This document shows positions 10,336-17,467 of a stretch of 45,859 bases of DNA, piece by piece. A model generated the notes under the pieces. That model searched no databases. It saw only the letters and a list, made by a program, of their open reading frames with translations, and had not been told where the DNA came from. Origin of the DNA: Gemmatimonadales bacterium (GTDB lineage: Bacteria > Gemmatimonadota > Gemmatimonadetes > Gemmatimonadales > Gemmatimonadaceae); assembly GCA_038322445.1 (NCBI GenBank), contig JBBQFW010000001.1:1-45859 (forward strand). Direction: 5' to 3'. The position numbers and the translations under genes are program-made. Position 1 is the stretch's first letter. Each line of letters starts with the position of its first letter.

Positions 10336-11586
10336 ATGTATCGACTGAATCATCTCGGCCGCGTTGCGGCGTTGGGCGTCGTCGTCGGACTGGCAGCGTG
10401 CGAGGCCAAGGACACCGTCCTCGGCCCCACAACGCTCGGCACCGGCGACATCTTCCATAGCTATGTCGCGCTTGGAAACAGCATTACGGCCGGCTACCAG
10501 AGCGGCGGCATCAATGACTCGACGCAGCGCCAGAGCTATGCGCGACTGCTCGCGATTCAAATGGGAACGCAGTACCACTACGCGTCGATCGCCGGCCGCG
10601 GCTGCACGCCGCCTATCGCCAATGGCCTCACCGGTGCGTTGTCCGGAACGGGCTCGACAGCAGCAACGTGCGACCTCCGTTCGACCGCGTCCGTTACCGA
10701 TATCCTGAACAACGTGGCCGTTCCGGGCGCGCGCGTACTCGATCCGATTTCCTCGAGCACAGTTGCGTCGAACGTACTCACCACGCTCATCCTCGGCGGC
10801 AAGACGCAGGCGGCCAAGGCGATCCAGGCGAAACCCACGTTCGTATCGGTCTGGATCGGCACCAACGACGTGCTCGCGGCAGGCCTGACCGGTCTCCTCA
10901 CTCCCGGCGGACCCTACAATGCCTCGTTCGGTTCGCCTGGCATCGTCAGCACGGAAGCGCAGTTCGAGGCGAGCTACGACGCGATGATCAAGCAGATCAC
11001 CGACAGCGCCCCTGGCGTGAAGGGCGTGCTGATCGGTGTCGTGCAGGTTGGCGGTGTCGCGGCGCTGAGCAGTGGCGCCGTGATCGCAGGCTCTCCCGCC
11101 ATCCAGGCGGGCATCAATGCCGCGACCGGCAAGACGGTCTTCATCCACCCGAATTGCACCGGTTCCACGTCATTACTCTACGTGCAGAAGCTCCTCCAGT
11201 TGATAGCGGCCGGAACGCTTCCGCCCGCTATCGTTTGCCAACCGAACACGGCCGGCTTCCCAGCGCCGATCGGCGATGCGCTCGTGCTGGATCCCGCCGA
11301 GCAGACGACCCTATCGGCCGCCATCACCGGATACAACAGCTACATGGCCGCCAAGGCAGCCAGTATCGGGTTCGCGTACTACGATCCGAATCCGCTGCTC
11401 GCAAAACTGAAAGCGAACGGAACCGTGCCGCCCTTTCCGAACCTTGCGAGCTCTACAGCAACGTTCGGTACCGTGTTTTCCCTGGACGGGGTTCATCCCG
11501 CCGCGGCCGGTCACGTCCTGATCGCCAATGAGTTGATCAGTACCATCAATGCAAAGTACGGCACCAGCCTCTCGCCAGTGCCGTAA
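10336..11586 (+). CDS. SGNH/GDSL-family hydrolase lipoprotein
   Basis: 416 aa. Lipobox VVGLAAC, block I VALGNSITAGYQSGG, block V DGVHPAAAGH. GGAGA RBS upstream. 20 nt downstream of the FadL-like gene. Confidence 0.75.
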   Translation: MYRLNHLGRVAALGVVVGLAACEAKDTVLGPTTLGTGDIFHSYVALGNSITAGYQSGGINDSTQRQSYARLLAIQMGTQYHYASIAGRGCTPPIANGLTGALSGTGSTAATCDLRSTASVTDILNNVAVPGARVLDPISSSTVASNVLTTLILGGKTQAAKAIQAKPTFVSVWIGTNDVLAAGLTGLLTPGGPYNASFGSPGIVSTEAQFEASYDAMIKQITDSAPGVKGVLIGVVQVGGVAALSSGAVIAGSPAIQAGINAATGKTVFIHPNCTGSTSLLYVQKLLQLIAAGTLPPAIVCQPNTAGFPAPIGDALVLDPAEQTTLSAAITGYNSYMAAKAASIGFAYYDPNPLLAKLKANGTVPPFPNLASSTATFGTVFSLDGVHPAAAGHVLIANELISTINAKYGTSLSPVP

Positions 11587-11610
11587 TGGCATGAAGTAAG
11601 GACTATGAAA

Positions 11611-11644
11611 GAAGGGGGGCGACGAAAGTCGCCCCCCTTCTTTG
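11611..11644 (+). terminator. rho-independent terminator of the FadL-SGNH unit
   Basis: GAAGGGGGGCGAC-GAAA-GTCGCCCCCCTTC followed by TTT. 13-bp perfect stem with a GNRA-type loop. Confidence 0.8.
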
Positions 11645-11687
11645 AGCCTGGCCCAGCGTATTTCAATTGAGTGGTGGAGTGCTGTCT

Positions 11688-11784
11688 AGCTCGTCTCCAT
11701 CCTGAAACTCGTCATTCCCGCGAAAGCGGGAATCCATTTGGACTCTATGAACTTGGATTCCCGCGTGCGCGGGAACGACGAACG
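11688..11784 (+). repeat. composite REP-like hairpin element, copy 1
   Basis: ATTCCCGC-GAAA-GCGGGAAT hairpin followed about 30 nt later by TTCCCGC-GTGC-GCGGGAA. The left flank CTCGTCTCCATCCTGAAACTCGTC is shared with copy 2. Confidence 0.85.
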
Positions 11785-11924
11785 CATTTCAAAAGCACGG
11801 TTTCATGATGGACACTAGGTAGAGGTAGCTAGAGGGGACGAGGCAGAACTTCGTGGGGAATCGCCTCAGCATACGTCCTCTTCCGCAGCGAAGCATTCAA
11901 TGATGGAATTGCCCGCCGACCAGG

Positions 11925-12075
11925 AACACAGTGATTTGCCAACATCGGACACACATATGAAATAATTGTGATGGTAGACGTAAATCACTGTATTGGAACG
12001 TTTTACATAACACGTAGTAATGTACATTATTACTATAATTTGTTTGCTAACGTATTCATGTATTCAACCATGAGA
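11925..12075. other. AT-rich compositional island (about 31% GC) containing the perfect palindrome TAATGTACATTA (12018-12029)
   Basis: Hand count of 40 G+C in the 130 nt of 11941-12070, against a roughly 2/3 G+C background. The palindrome sits 3 nt beyond the stop of the CheB-like fragment. Confidence 0.8.
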
Positions 12076-12473
12076 TTGAGCGGAAGGGACACGTCAACAA
12101 GGCCTGCGTTGACCGCTTCACGGGGCACTCCGTAGATCAGCGATGGCGCCTCATCCTGCGCAATGACGTACCCGTCCCGATCTTTGACCCTGCGCAGACC
12201 GGAAACACCGTCGTTGCCCATACCTGTCAGGATGACACAAGCCAGCCGTGCTGCGTACGCATTCGCGGCCGACTCAAAGAGCACGCTTGTCGACGGCCTG
12301 AATCCATTGACGGGCTCGGTGCGGATCGCAATCGTCCCTCGAGCGGCGCTGACGCCCAGATGAAAATCGTCCGCGCCCGATTTGCCCGCCAGCAGCATCT
12401 CCAGCGCGACGAGCACCTTGCCGGCCGGATTCCGCAGGTCGTGCGTGATCATCGAGTAGAAGTCGGCCTTCAT
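12033..12473 (-). pseudogene. mosaic remnant: HisKA H-box fragment fused to the C-terminal half of a CheB-type methylesterase domain
   Basis: 146-aa ORF. N-terminus (L)EDMKADFYSMITHDLRNPAG is a histidine-kinase phospho-acceptor box. From residue ~37, FHLGV...VNGFRPSTSVLFESAA...VILTGMGNDGVSGLRRVKDRDGYVIAQDEAPSLIYGVPREA matches the distal part of CheB. The part that carries the catalytic Ser and His is absent. Confidence 0.6.
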
Positions 12474-12517
12474 GTCCTCGAGCCGACTACGACCGACGCG
12501 GCATGTGGCTCGAGCAG

Positions 12518-12598
12518 CTACTGAAGGAACCTGCGGATCGCACGCGCATCGTCGACCGTGAGCACGCGTTGACCCTTGAGCCGATCGACCACTTCCAT
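12518..12598 (-). pseudogene. 26-codon remnant of a response-regulator receiver N-terminus
   Basis: My translation, MEVVDRLKGQRVLTVDDARAIRRFLQ*, looks like the beginning of a REC domain (xRVLxVDDxxxxR). It ends at TAG 12518-12520, immediately upstream of the HisKA/CheB fragment. Confidence 0.45.
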
Positions 12599-12622
12599 TG
12601 TTCTAGCGGGTGAAGGGGAAGC

Positions 12623-14065
12623 CTACCGGTACGGACCACTGCCGCTGGGCGCGGATCCGCCGGATCTGCCACCGCCGGAGCGACCGCCGCCAGTTCCCCC
12701 CGTACCGCCACTGCGGCCACCACCAGAGCCACCACTCCGACCGCCACCGCCAGCCGGTCGCGGCGAGCGGCCTCCGCCCGAGCTGCGCGGAGGACCCGAC
12801 CGTCCCGCTGCGGGCGCCGCACCACCCTGCCCCGCACGACGCTCGGCCTTCTCCTTCGCCCGTTTCCGCTCTTCCGCCTTCCGCGCACGAATCTCGGCAA
12901 TACGCTCGGCGATGGGGACCTCGAATCGCTGCTTGGGCTTGCTGGCGTAGTCGAAGCCGGAGACGACGACCCGCGGCAGCCGCTTCCCGATCGCCCGCTC
13001 GATGGCGGAGAGGTCGCTCTCCTCCTCCGGGGACACGAACGTGAACGCGTCGCCGGTGGCGTCCGCGCGGGCCGTGCGGCCCACACGATGGATGTAGTCC
13101 TCGGGCAGATGCGGGACGTCGAAGTTCACGACGTGCTCGAGTTGCTCGACATCGATACCGCGCGCCACGATATCCGTGGCGACGAGGCACTTGTAGCGAC
13201 CGTTGCGAAAGCCGTCGAGCGCCTCTGTGCGCTGGGCCTGCGAGCGGTTCCCGTGAATCTTCGCGTTCGGGATGCCCTCAGTCGCGAGATAATCGGCGAG
13301 CCGGTTGGCGCGATGCTTCGTTCGCGTGAAGACGATGACGCTGCCGATGTCCCCGCGACGCATCAGCTCCACGAACAGTGCCGGCTTGAGCTCCTCGCGC
13401 ACGGCGTAGACCGCCTGCCGGATGCCGATGGCCGGCACGGATTTCCGCTCCAGGTTGATGGTCGCCGGGTTATGGAGCAGCTCGCGCGTGAGCGCCACGA
13501 TCGGCGCCGGCATGGTGGCCGAGAAGAAGAGCGTCTGTCGTTTGGTTGGCAGGTGCTTCAGCACACGCTTGATATCGGGCAGGAAACCCATGTCGAGCAT
13601 GCGATCGGCTTCGTCGAGCACGAGCACCTCGAGTCCGGCGAGCTTCGCGTAGGGCTGCTTGAAGTGGTCGAGGAGGCGGCCCGGCGTGGCGATGATGACA
13701 TCGACGCCGTTGCGGAACGCATGCTCCTGCGGTCCCATGCCCACGCCGCCGAACACCGCCGCACCAGACAACGGGGTGTGCACGGCCAGCTGGCGCAGGT
13801 GCTCCTCGATCTGCGCGGCAAGTTCGCGCGTGGGCGTGAGGATGAGCGCGCGCGTTGAGCCGCGCGGCTTCTCCATGAGCCGGTTGAGGATGGGCAGCAG
13901 GAATGCGGCGGTCTTGCCACTGCCGGTCATCGCGCACGCGAGGAGATCCCTGCCCTCCAGTGCGGGCGGGATCGCCTGCTCCTGGATGGGGGTGGCGCGC
14001 GTGAAACCCAACTCGCGGGTTCCCTTGAGGAGGTCGGGGTGCAGCTTGAATCCGGCGAAAGGCAT
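12623..14065 (-). CDS. rhlE: DEAD-box ATP-dependent RNA helicase with RGG-rich C-terminal tail
   Basis: Q-motif GFTRATPIQ, motif I AMTGSGKT, DEAD, SAT, HRVGRTAR. Tail of GGGRSGG repeats. The ORF track extends to 14128, but homology-like sequence starts at MPFAGFKL (ATG 14065). Confidence 0.9.
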   Translation of the reverse strand: MPFAGFKLHPDLLKGTRELGFTRATPIQEQAIPPALEGRDLLACAMTGSGKTAAFLLPILNRLMEKPRGSTRALILTPTRELAAQIEEHLRQLAVHTPLSGAAVFGGVGMGPQEHAFRNGVDVIIATPGRLLDHFKQPYAKLAGLEVLVLDEADRMLDMGFLPDIKRVLKHLPTKRQTLFFSATMPAPIVALTRELLHNPATINLERKSVPAIGIRQAVYAVREELKPALFVELMRRGDIGSVIVFTRTKHRANRLADYLATEGIPNAKIHGNRSQAQRTEALDGFRNGRYKCLVATDIVARGIDVEQLEHVVNFDVPHLPEDYIHRVGRTARADATGDAFTFVSPEEESDLSAIERAIGKRLPRVVVSGFDYASKPKQRFEVPIAERIAEIRARKAEERKRAKEKAERRAGQGGAAPAAGRSGPPRSSGGGRSPRPAGGGGRSGGSGGGRSGGTGGTGGGRSGGGRSGGSAPSGSGPYR

Positions 14066-14230
14066 TGGATCAGGACAGAGATGGTGCAACGAGCGAGAGT
14101 CGTAACCTAGCCGGACGGCCTTGGGCACGACACCGCATCATCCTGCACAAACCCAACCATTCCCGCGTGAGATCTGTCCCGAGGCGTGTGATGCGCCACG
14201 TCCCCTTGAACACGGCGCGCCAACAGCCGC

Positions 14231-14540
14231 GTGACTGACGCCCAGCTCGTGGCCTGGTGTCTCGCCGGTGATCGCTCGGCCGAGCGCGCGGTACGACGCG
14301 CACGTCGACCGCGTCTTCCGGATCGCCTATCGCCTCGCGGGTGATTCGGACCTCGCGCGGGGCTTCACGCAGGAGACGTTCGCTCGTGCCAACAGCCGTT
14401 TGTCCCCGTATCGCGGCGACGCCTCGCTCCCCACGTGGCTGCACACCATCGCCACCAGCGTGTCGCTCTACCAGCTCGGACAGATCGCTGACGCGCGAAG
14501 TCTGGCGTACCTGCTCGAGCAGCTGCGCGCCAACTGGTGA
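14231..14540 (+). pseudogene. ECF sigma factor remnant (region 2 only, frameshifted near the N-terminus)
   Basis: The frame from GTG 14231 reads VTDAQLVAWCLAGDRSAERA. Sigma-70 region 2 continues in another frame (ORF 14268..14540: RYDAHVDRVFRIAYRLAGDSDLARGFTQETF...TWLHTIATSV). The shift falls in the GCGCGCG tract 14284-14290. I could translate no region 4 before the convergent gene at 14691. Confidence 0.6.
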
Positions 14541-14690
14541 GGCGACCTCGCGGTGGCAGCGGACCGAACCAAGACAGAGGCCACAGTTACTGAGACATCT
14601 GCGTCAGTCGTGCAGTGACTGCGGAGCGAAGAGCAACCGGGAGGACGGGGTAGGACTCGATCCTCGGCGCGACCCAGTCCACTGCACTCG

Positions 14691-15479
14691 TCACAGCAGT
14701 ACGGCGACGTCGTAAAGCGCGTGCGTCCATGCTGTGATGCCAAAGCCGCGCAACAGGTAGAGAGCGCTGAACGCGAGCCCGGCGACCGTGCGGAAGACGA
14801 AGGACTCGAGGTGGAGCGGCTCGCCCAGTGAGCCGACATAGTGAAACGCCGAGAAGAGTAACGCACCGATCACGGTGGCGAGGGCGCCTCCCACGGCTCG
14901 ACTGGCGCCCAGCAAGCGAAACCCATTCGCCATCAGCGCGACGATGATCACGCGAAACAGCAGCTCCTCGTAGAGTCCAGCACCAATGGCCAGCGTGAGC
15001 CGTTCCAGCGGAGTGCCATTGAGTCCACCGCCTGCCGCGAGCGAGCGCAGTGGCCCGAGGAGATGGATCGTCGCCGTGCCCACAACGATGCCAAGCGCCA
15101 GGGAGAGCAAGAGCGACTCGCCGAACATTCGCGCGAACACGCTTCCTCGTAACGGCCCCGTGGACCGATCGCGGCGGATGAGCCAGAGCGAAACGCCAAT
15201 GACGATCCCCATGAACACCAGTGGCCCACGCACGCCGAACAACAGCGTGAACAGGCTCGTGAGCACGACGTCCGCGCCGTTGCGGATCACGCCGCCCTGC
15301 GCGCGAACGGGCGAGACGGCCTCGAGCAATTCGTAGAACAGCAGCAGCGGCAGCGCGAAGAGCAGGCTGTAGCGATGCGACCGGCTTACCTGCCAGTACG
15401 ATCTGGGTCCGCCTGGGCTGGATGCGGGAGGCAATGGGGCGTGAACCGAGGTGGGATGGCGAGGGGCGAACGAACACAT
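14691..15479 (-). CDS. CPBP-family intramembrane glutamic endopeptidase (CAAX protease / Abi-like)
   Basis: Multi-TM ORF with EELLFR (EExxxR), FSAFH (FxxxH) and WTHALYD (HxxxD/N) motifs. The track starts at TTG 15515; ATG 15479 (MCSFAPRH) is more likely. Confidence 0.8.
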   Translation of the reverse strand: MCSFAPRHPTSVHAPLPPASSPGGPRSYWQVSRSHRYSLLFALPLLLFYELLEAVSPVRAQGGVIRNGADVVLTSLFTLLFGVRGPLVFMGIVIGVSLWLIRRDRSTGPLRGSVFARMFGESLLLSLALGIVVGTATIHLLGPLRSLAAGGGLNGTPLERLTLAIGAGLYEELLFRVIIVALMANGFRLLGASRAVGGALATVIGALLFSAFHYVGSLGEPLHLESFVFRTVAGLAFSALYLLRGFGITAWTHALYDVAVLL

Positions 15480-15519
15480 CGCAAGCGACTTGCGCGTGGG
15501 AGCTCTACGCGACAATTTA

Positions 15520-15746
15520 GGTAGGAGGTTCTGTTCGCCCGCACGAAGAACCCGAAACGAAGGAGGTGATCAATTGTCTAGTCAGCCTCGGACCAGCAAG
15601 ATCACCGTAACCCGTTAACTCTTAACGGATTACGCGGATCGGCGGTCTTGCGGTCCGGTTTCATCGTCGTCCGATTCCCTGTAACGGGCATGATCAACGA
15701 CGATGAGAGAGCGGCAGGTGCCTGGTGCACCTGCCGCTCTTTTTTG
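15520..15746 (+). ncRNA. candidate structured small RNA or leader with a 14-codon mini-ORF
   Basis: No protein-size ORF. AAGGAGGTGATC at 15560-15571 is a perfect complement of the canonical 16S 3' end. TTG mini-ORF 15574-15618 (MSSQPRTSKITVTR). Stems at 15590-15607/15640-15656, 15612-15628 and 15661-15670/15697-15706. Ends in a strong intrinsic terminator. Confidence 0.4.
15708..15746 (+). terminator. strong intrinsic terminator (plus-strand T-tract; may also stop minus-strand dut)
   Basis: AGAGCGGCAGGTGC-CTGGT-GCACCTGCCGCTCT followed by TTTTT(G). 14-bp perfect stem. It begins 8 nt after the dut stop on the opposite strand (dut stop 15749-15751, stem end 15740). Confidence 0.8.
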
Positions 15747-15748
15747 AT

Positions 15749-16288
15749 CTAACTATGCCCCGTGCTTCCGAATCCGCCCGCGCGCTCCGTCGTCCGCGTC
15801 ACGCCGGCTTCCGAGAACGTCAGCGGGAGGTATCGCGCAAACACCACCTGCGCGATCCGCTCACCATGCACGATCCTCCTCGACGCCGGCGCGGCGTTCC
15901 GTACGATCACCATCCATTCTTCGGCGTAGTCTGCGTCGACGGTGCCGGGTGCGTTAGGAACCATGAGTGCATTCTTGAACGCCTGACCGCTCCTTGGACG
16001 GATCTGCGCCTCCACTCCGTCTGGCAGGCGGGTGCGAAAGCCCAGCGGAATGAGCGCCATTTCCCCGCTCTCCAGCGTGACAGACCACTCATCTGCTTCG
16101 CGCACCGATGACTTCTCGCGCTGCGACAGGCCATCCGAGCACTTTACGGAGCGGTCGTGCAGGTACGCACGGAGATCGTAGCCAGCCGATCCTGTGGTCG
16201 CACGCGACGGAATCACCACGTCATCGTGCAGGCGCTCAAATCGCACGAGACCATCAAAGTCGCGACCATCGGCCGTCGAGTCCGTCAT
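15749..16288 (-). CDS. dut: dUTP diphosphatase (trimeric dUTPase family)
   Basis: Motifs GSAGYDLRA, GTVDADYAEE and RAGGFGSTG. I place the start at MTDSTADG (ATG 16288) rather than at the track start 16459. Confidence 0.85.
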   Translation of the reverse strand: MTDSTADGRDFDGLVRFERLHDDVVIPSRATTGSAGYDLRAYLHDRSVKCSDGLSQREKSSVREADEWSVTLESGEMALIPLGFRTRLPDGVEAQIRPRSGQAFKNALMVPNAPGTVDADYAEEWMVIVRNAAPASRRIVHGERIAQVVFARYLPLTFSEAGVTRTTERAGGFGSTGHS

Positions 16289-16461
16289 CCGTTGCACCTC
16301 GTGGGTTGAGCGGACAAAACTAGTCCCTTCGCATCTCGCTGTGACCAGGCCCAATCGCCAGCAATCGCGTGATTCCGGTAACCTTTGCCCCTCAAACCCG
16401 GTATAGTCATGTGCCCCGGAAACCAACCGGTGCCTCATCCGCCCACTGGAGCAATTCACTC

Positions 16462-17259
16462 ATGGTCGCTCGCTATACGCGCCTCTCGCTGGCGCTCGTA
16501 CTTGCCTCTCCGCTCGCTGGCACCCTTGTCGCGCAGACCGCGGAGTATTCCACCGGCACCACGAAGTACCGCGTCGTCACGAATGCCAAGGGAAGTCAGA
16601 TCTCACCCGCAGGGAGCCAGAGCTTTGATGTGGCCCTCCGTGAGCAGCTTACCGTCGACCTGCTGAAGCACGCCAGGGACACTGTGATGGCGACCATCAC
16701 GCTCGACTCGATCGCCCTCTCGACCTCTGCCGGCCCGTCTCCGGATGTGAGCACCGTGAAGGGCGCGAAGTTCATCACGATGATGTCACTCACGGGCAAG
16801 GTGTACTCCACGCAGCCGCCCGCGGGACTCGACGCGACGATGGCGCAGATCACCGATGGCATCGGTCGCTTCCTGCCGAGCTACCGCGCCAACCTGGCGA
16901 AGGGCACAACCTGGTCCGATACGACGAAGGGCAAGATCACACAGCAGGGCATGGAGCTCGACCGGACGATCGTTTCCACCTACACGGTGGCAGGAGACAC
17001 GATGTACGCCGGCCAGAAGGCGCTCAAGATCAACCGTATCACGAGCACGAGAGCCACTGGTTCAGGGAATGCCCAGGGAACGCCGATCACCATGGAAACG
17101 ACCGGCGCGGGCAACAGCACCTACTTCATGTCGCCAAAGGGTGCATTCCTCGGTGCGACGTCGGTGGATGACGTGAACTCGAAGATCACCGTGCTCGGTC
17201 AGAACGTCGAAATCGGCGTCAGGCAGTCGGTGCAGACGGCGGTAGAGGCAATCAAGTAG
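16462..17259 (+). CDS. secreted hypothetical protein
   Basis: The internal ATG 16462 gives the signal peptide MVARYTRLSLALVLASPLAGTLVAQ. Beta-rich Thr/Ser/Gly composition, no motif I recognise. Followed by a terminator. Confidence 0.6.
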   Translation: MVARYTRLSLALVLASPLAGTLVAQTAEYSTGTTKYRVVTNAKGSQISPAGSQSFDVALREQLTVDLLKHARDTVMATITLDSIALSTSAGPSPDVSTVKGAKFITMMSLTGKVYSTQPPAGLDATMAQITDGIGRFLPSYRANLAKGTTWSDTTKGKITQQGMELDRTIVSTYTVAGDTMYAGQKALKINRITSTRATGSGNAQGTPITMETTGAGNSTYFMSPKGAFLGATSVDDVNSKITVLGQNVEIGVRQSVQTAVEAIK

Positions 17260-17286
17260 GGTCGTCACCGCACAGGCAGATGCACT

Positions 17287-17320
17287 GAGGGGCACGACGA
17301 GTTCGCCGTGCCCCTCTTTC
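17287..17320 (+). terminator. rho-independent terminator
   Basis: GAGGGGCACG-(10 nt loop)-CGTGCCCCTC followed by TTTC. Confidence 0.7.
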
Positions 17321-17338
17321 ATGCCATTGCACCGCGCT

Positions 17339-17434
17339 GAGCTCGTGTCCATCCTCGAACTCGTCATTCCCGCGAAAGCGGGAATCCACTTGGCCCCGGA
17401 CCGTGGATTCCCGCGTGCGCGGGAGTGACGAAAG
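17339..17434 (+). repeat. composite REP-like hairpin element, copy 2
   Basis: Same two hairpins and left flank as copy 1. Produces the spurious ORF 17062..17442 (..ARGNPRSGAKWIPAFAGMTS..). Confidence 0.85.
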
Positions 17435-17467
17435 TATCTCAAATCATGGATTCCGGATGGCGCCGAG

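Noticed and set aside
12008-12040. dif-like XerC/D site (AGTAA-TGTACA-TTATT resembles CATAA-TGTATA-TTATG)
   Set aside because: Only the inner TAA/TTA and the central spacer resemble E. coli dif. By hand comparison the outer arms match at about 3 of 11 and 5 of 11 positions. That is too weak without GC-skew or terminus information.
12487-13190. Minus-strand ORFs of 195-199 aa overlapping the helicase 3' region
   Set aside because: These are alternative frames of the GGGRSGG-encoding repeats of the helicase tail, with no independent coding evidence.
15557-15575. GATCACCTCCTT on the minus strand as a fragment of a 16S rRNA gene
   Set aside because: Only the terminal dozen nucleotides match the 16S 3' end. 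The flanking sequence has no rRNA-like conservation. I interpret it instead as a plus-strand extended Shine-Dalgarno.
17062-17442. 126-aa ORF (..ARGNPRSGAKWIPAFAGMTS..)
   Set aside because: It is the translation of REP-like copy 2 plus the antisense of the preceding gene's 3' end. The same peptide motifs arise wherever the repeat occurs.
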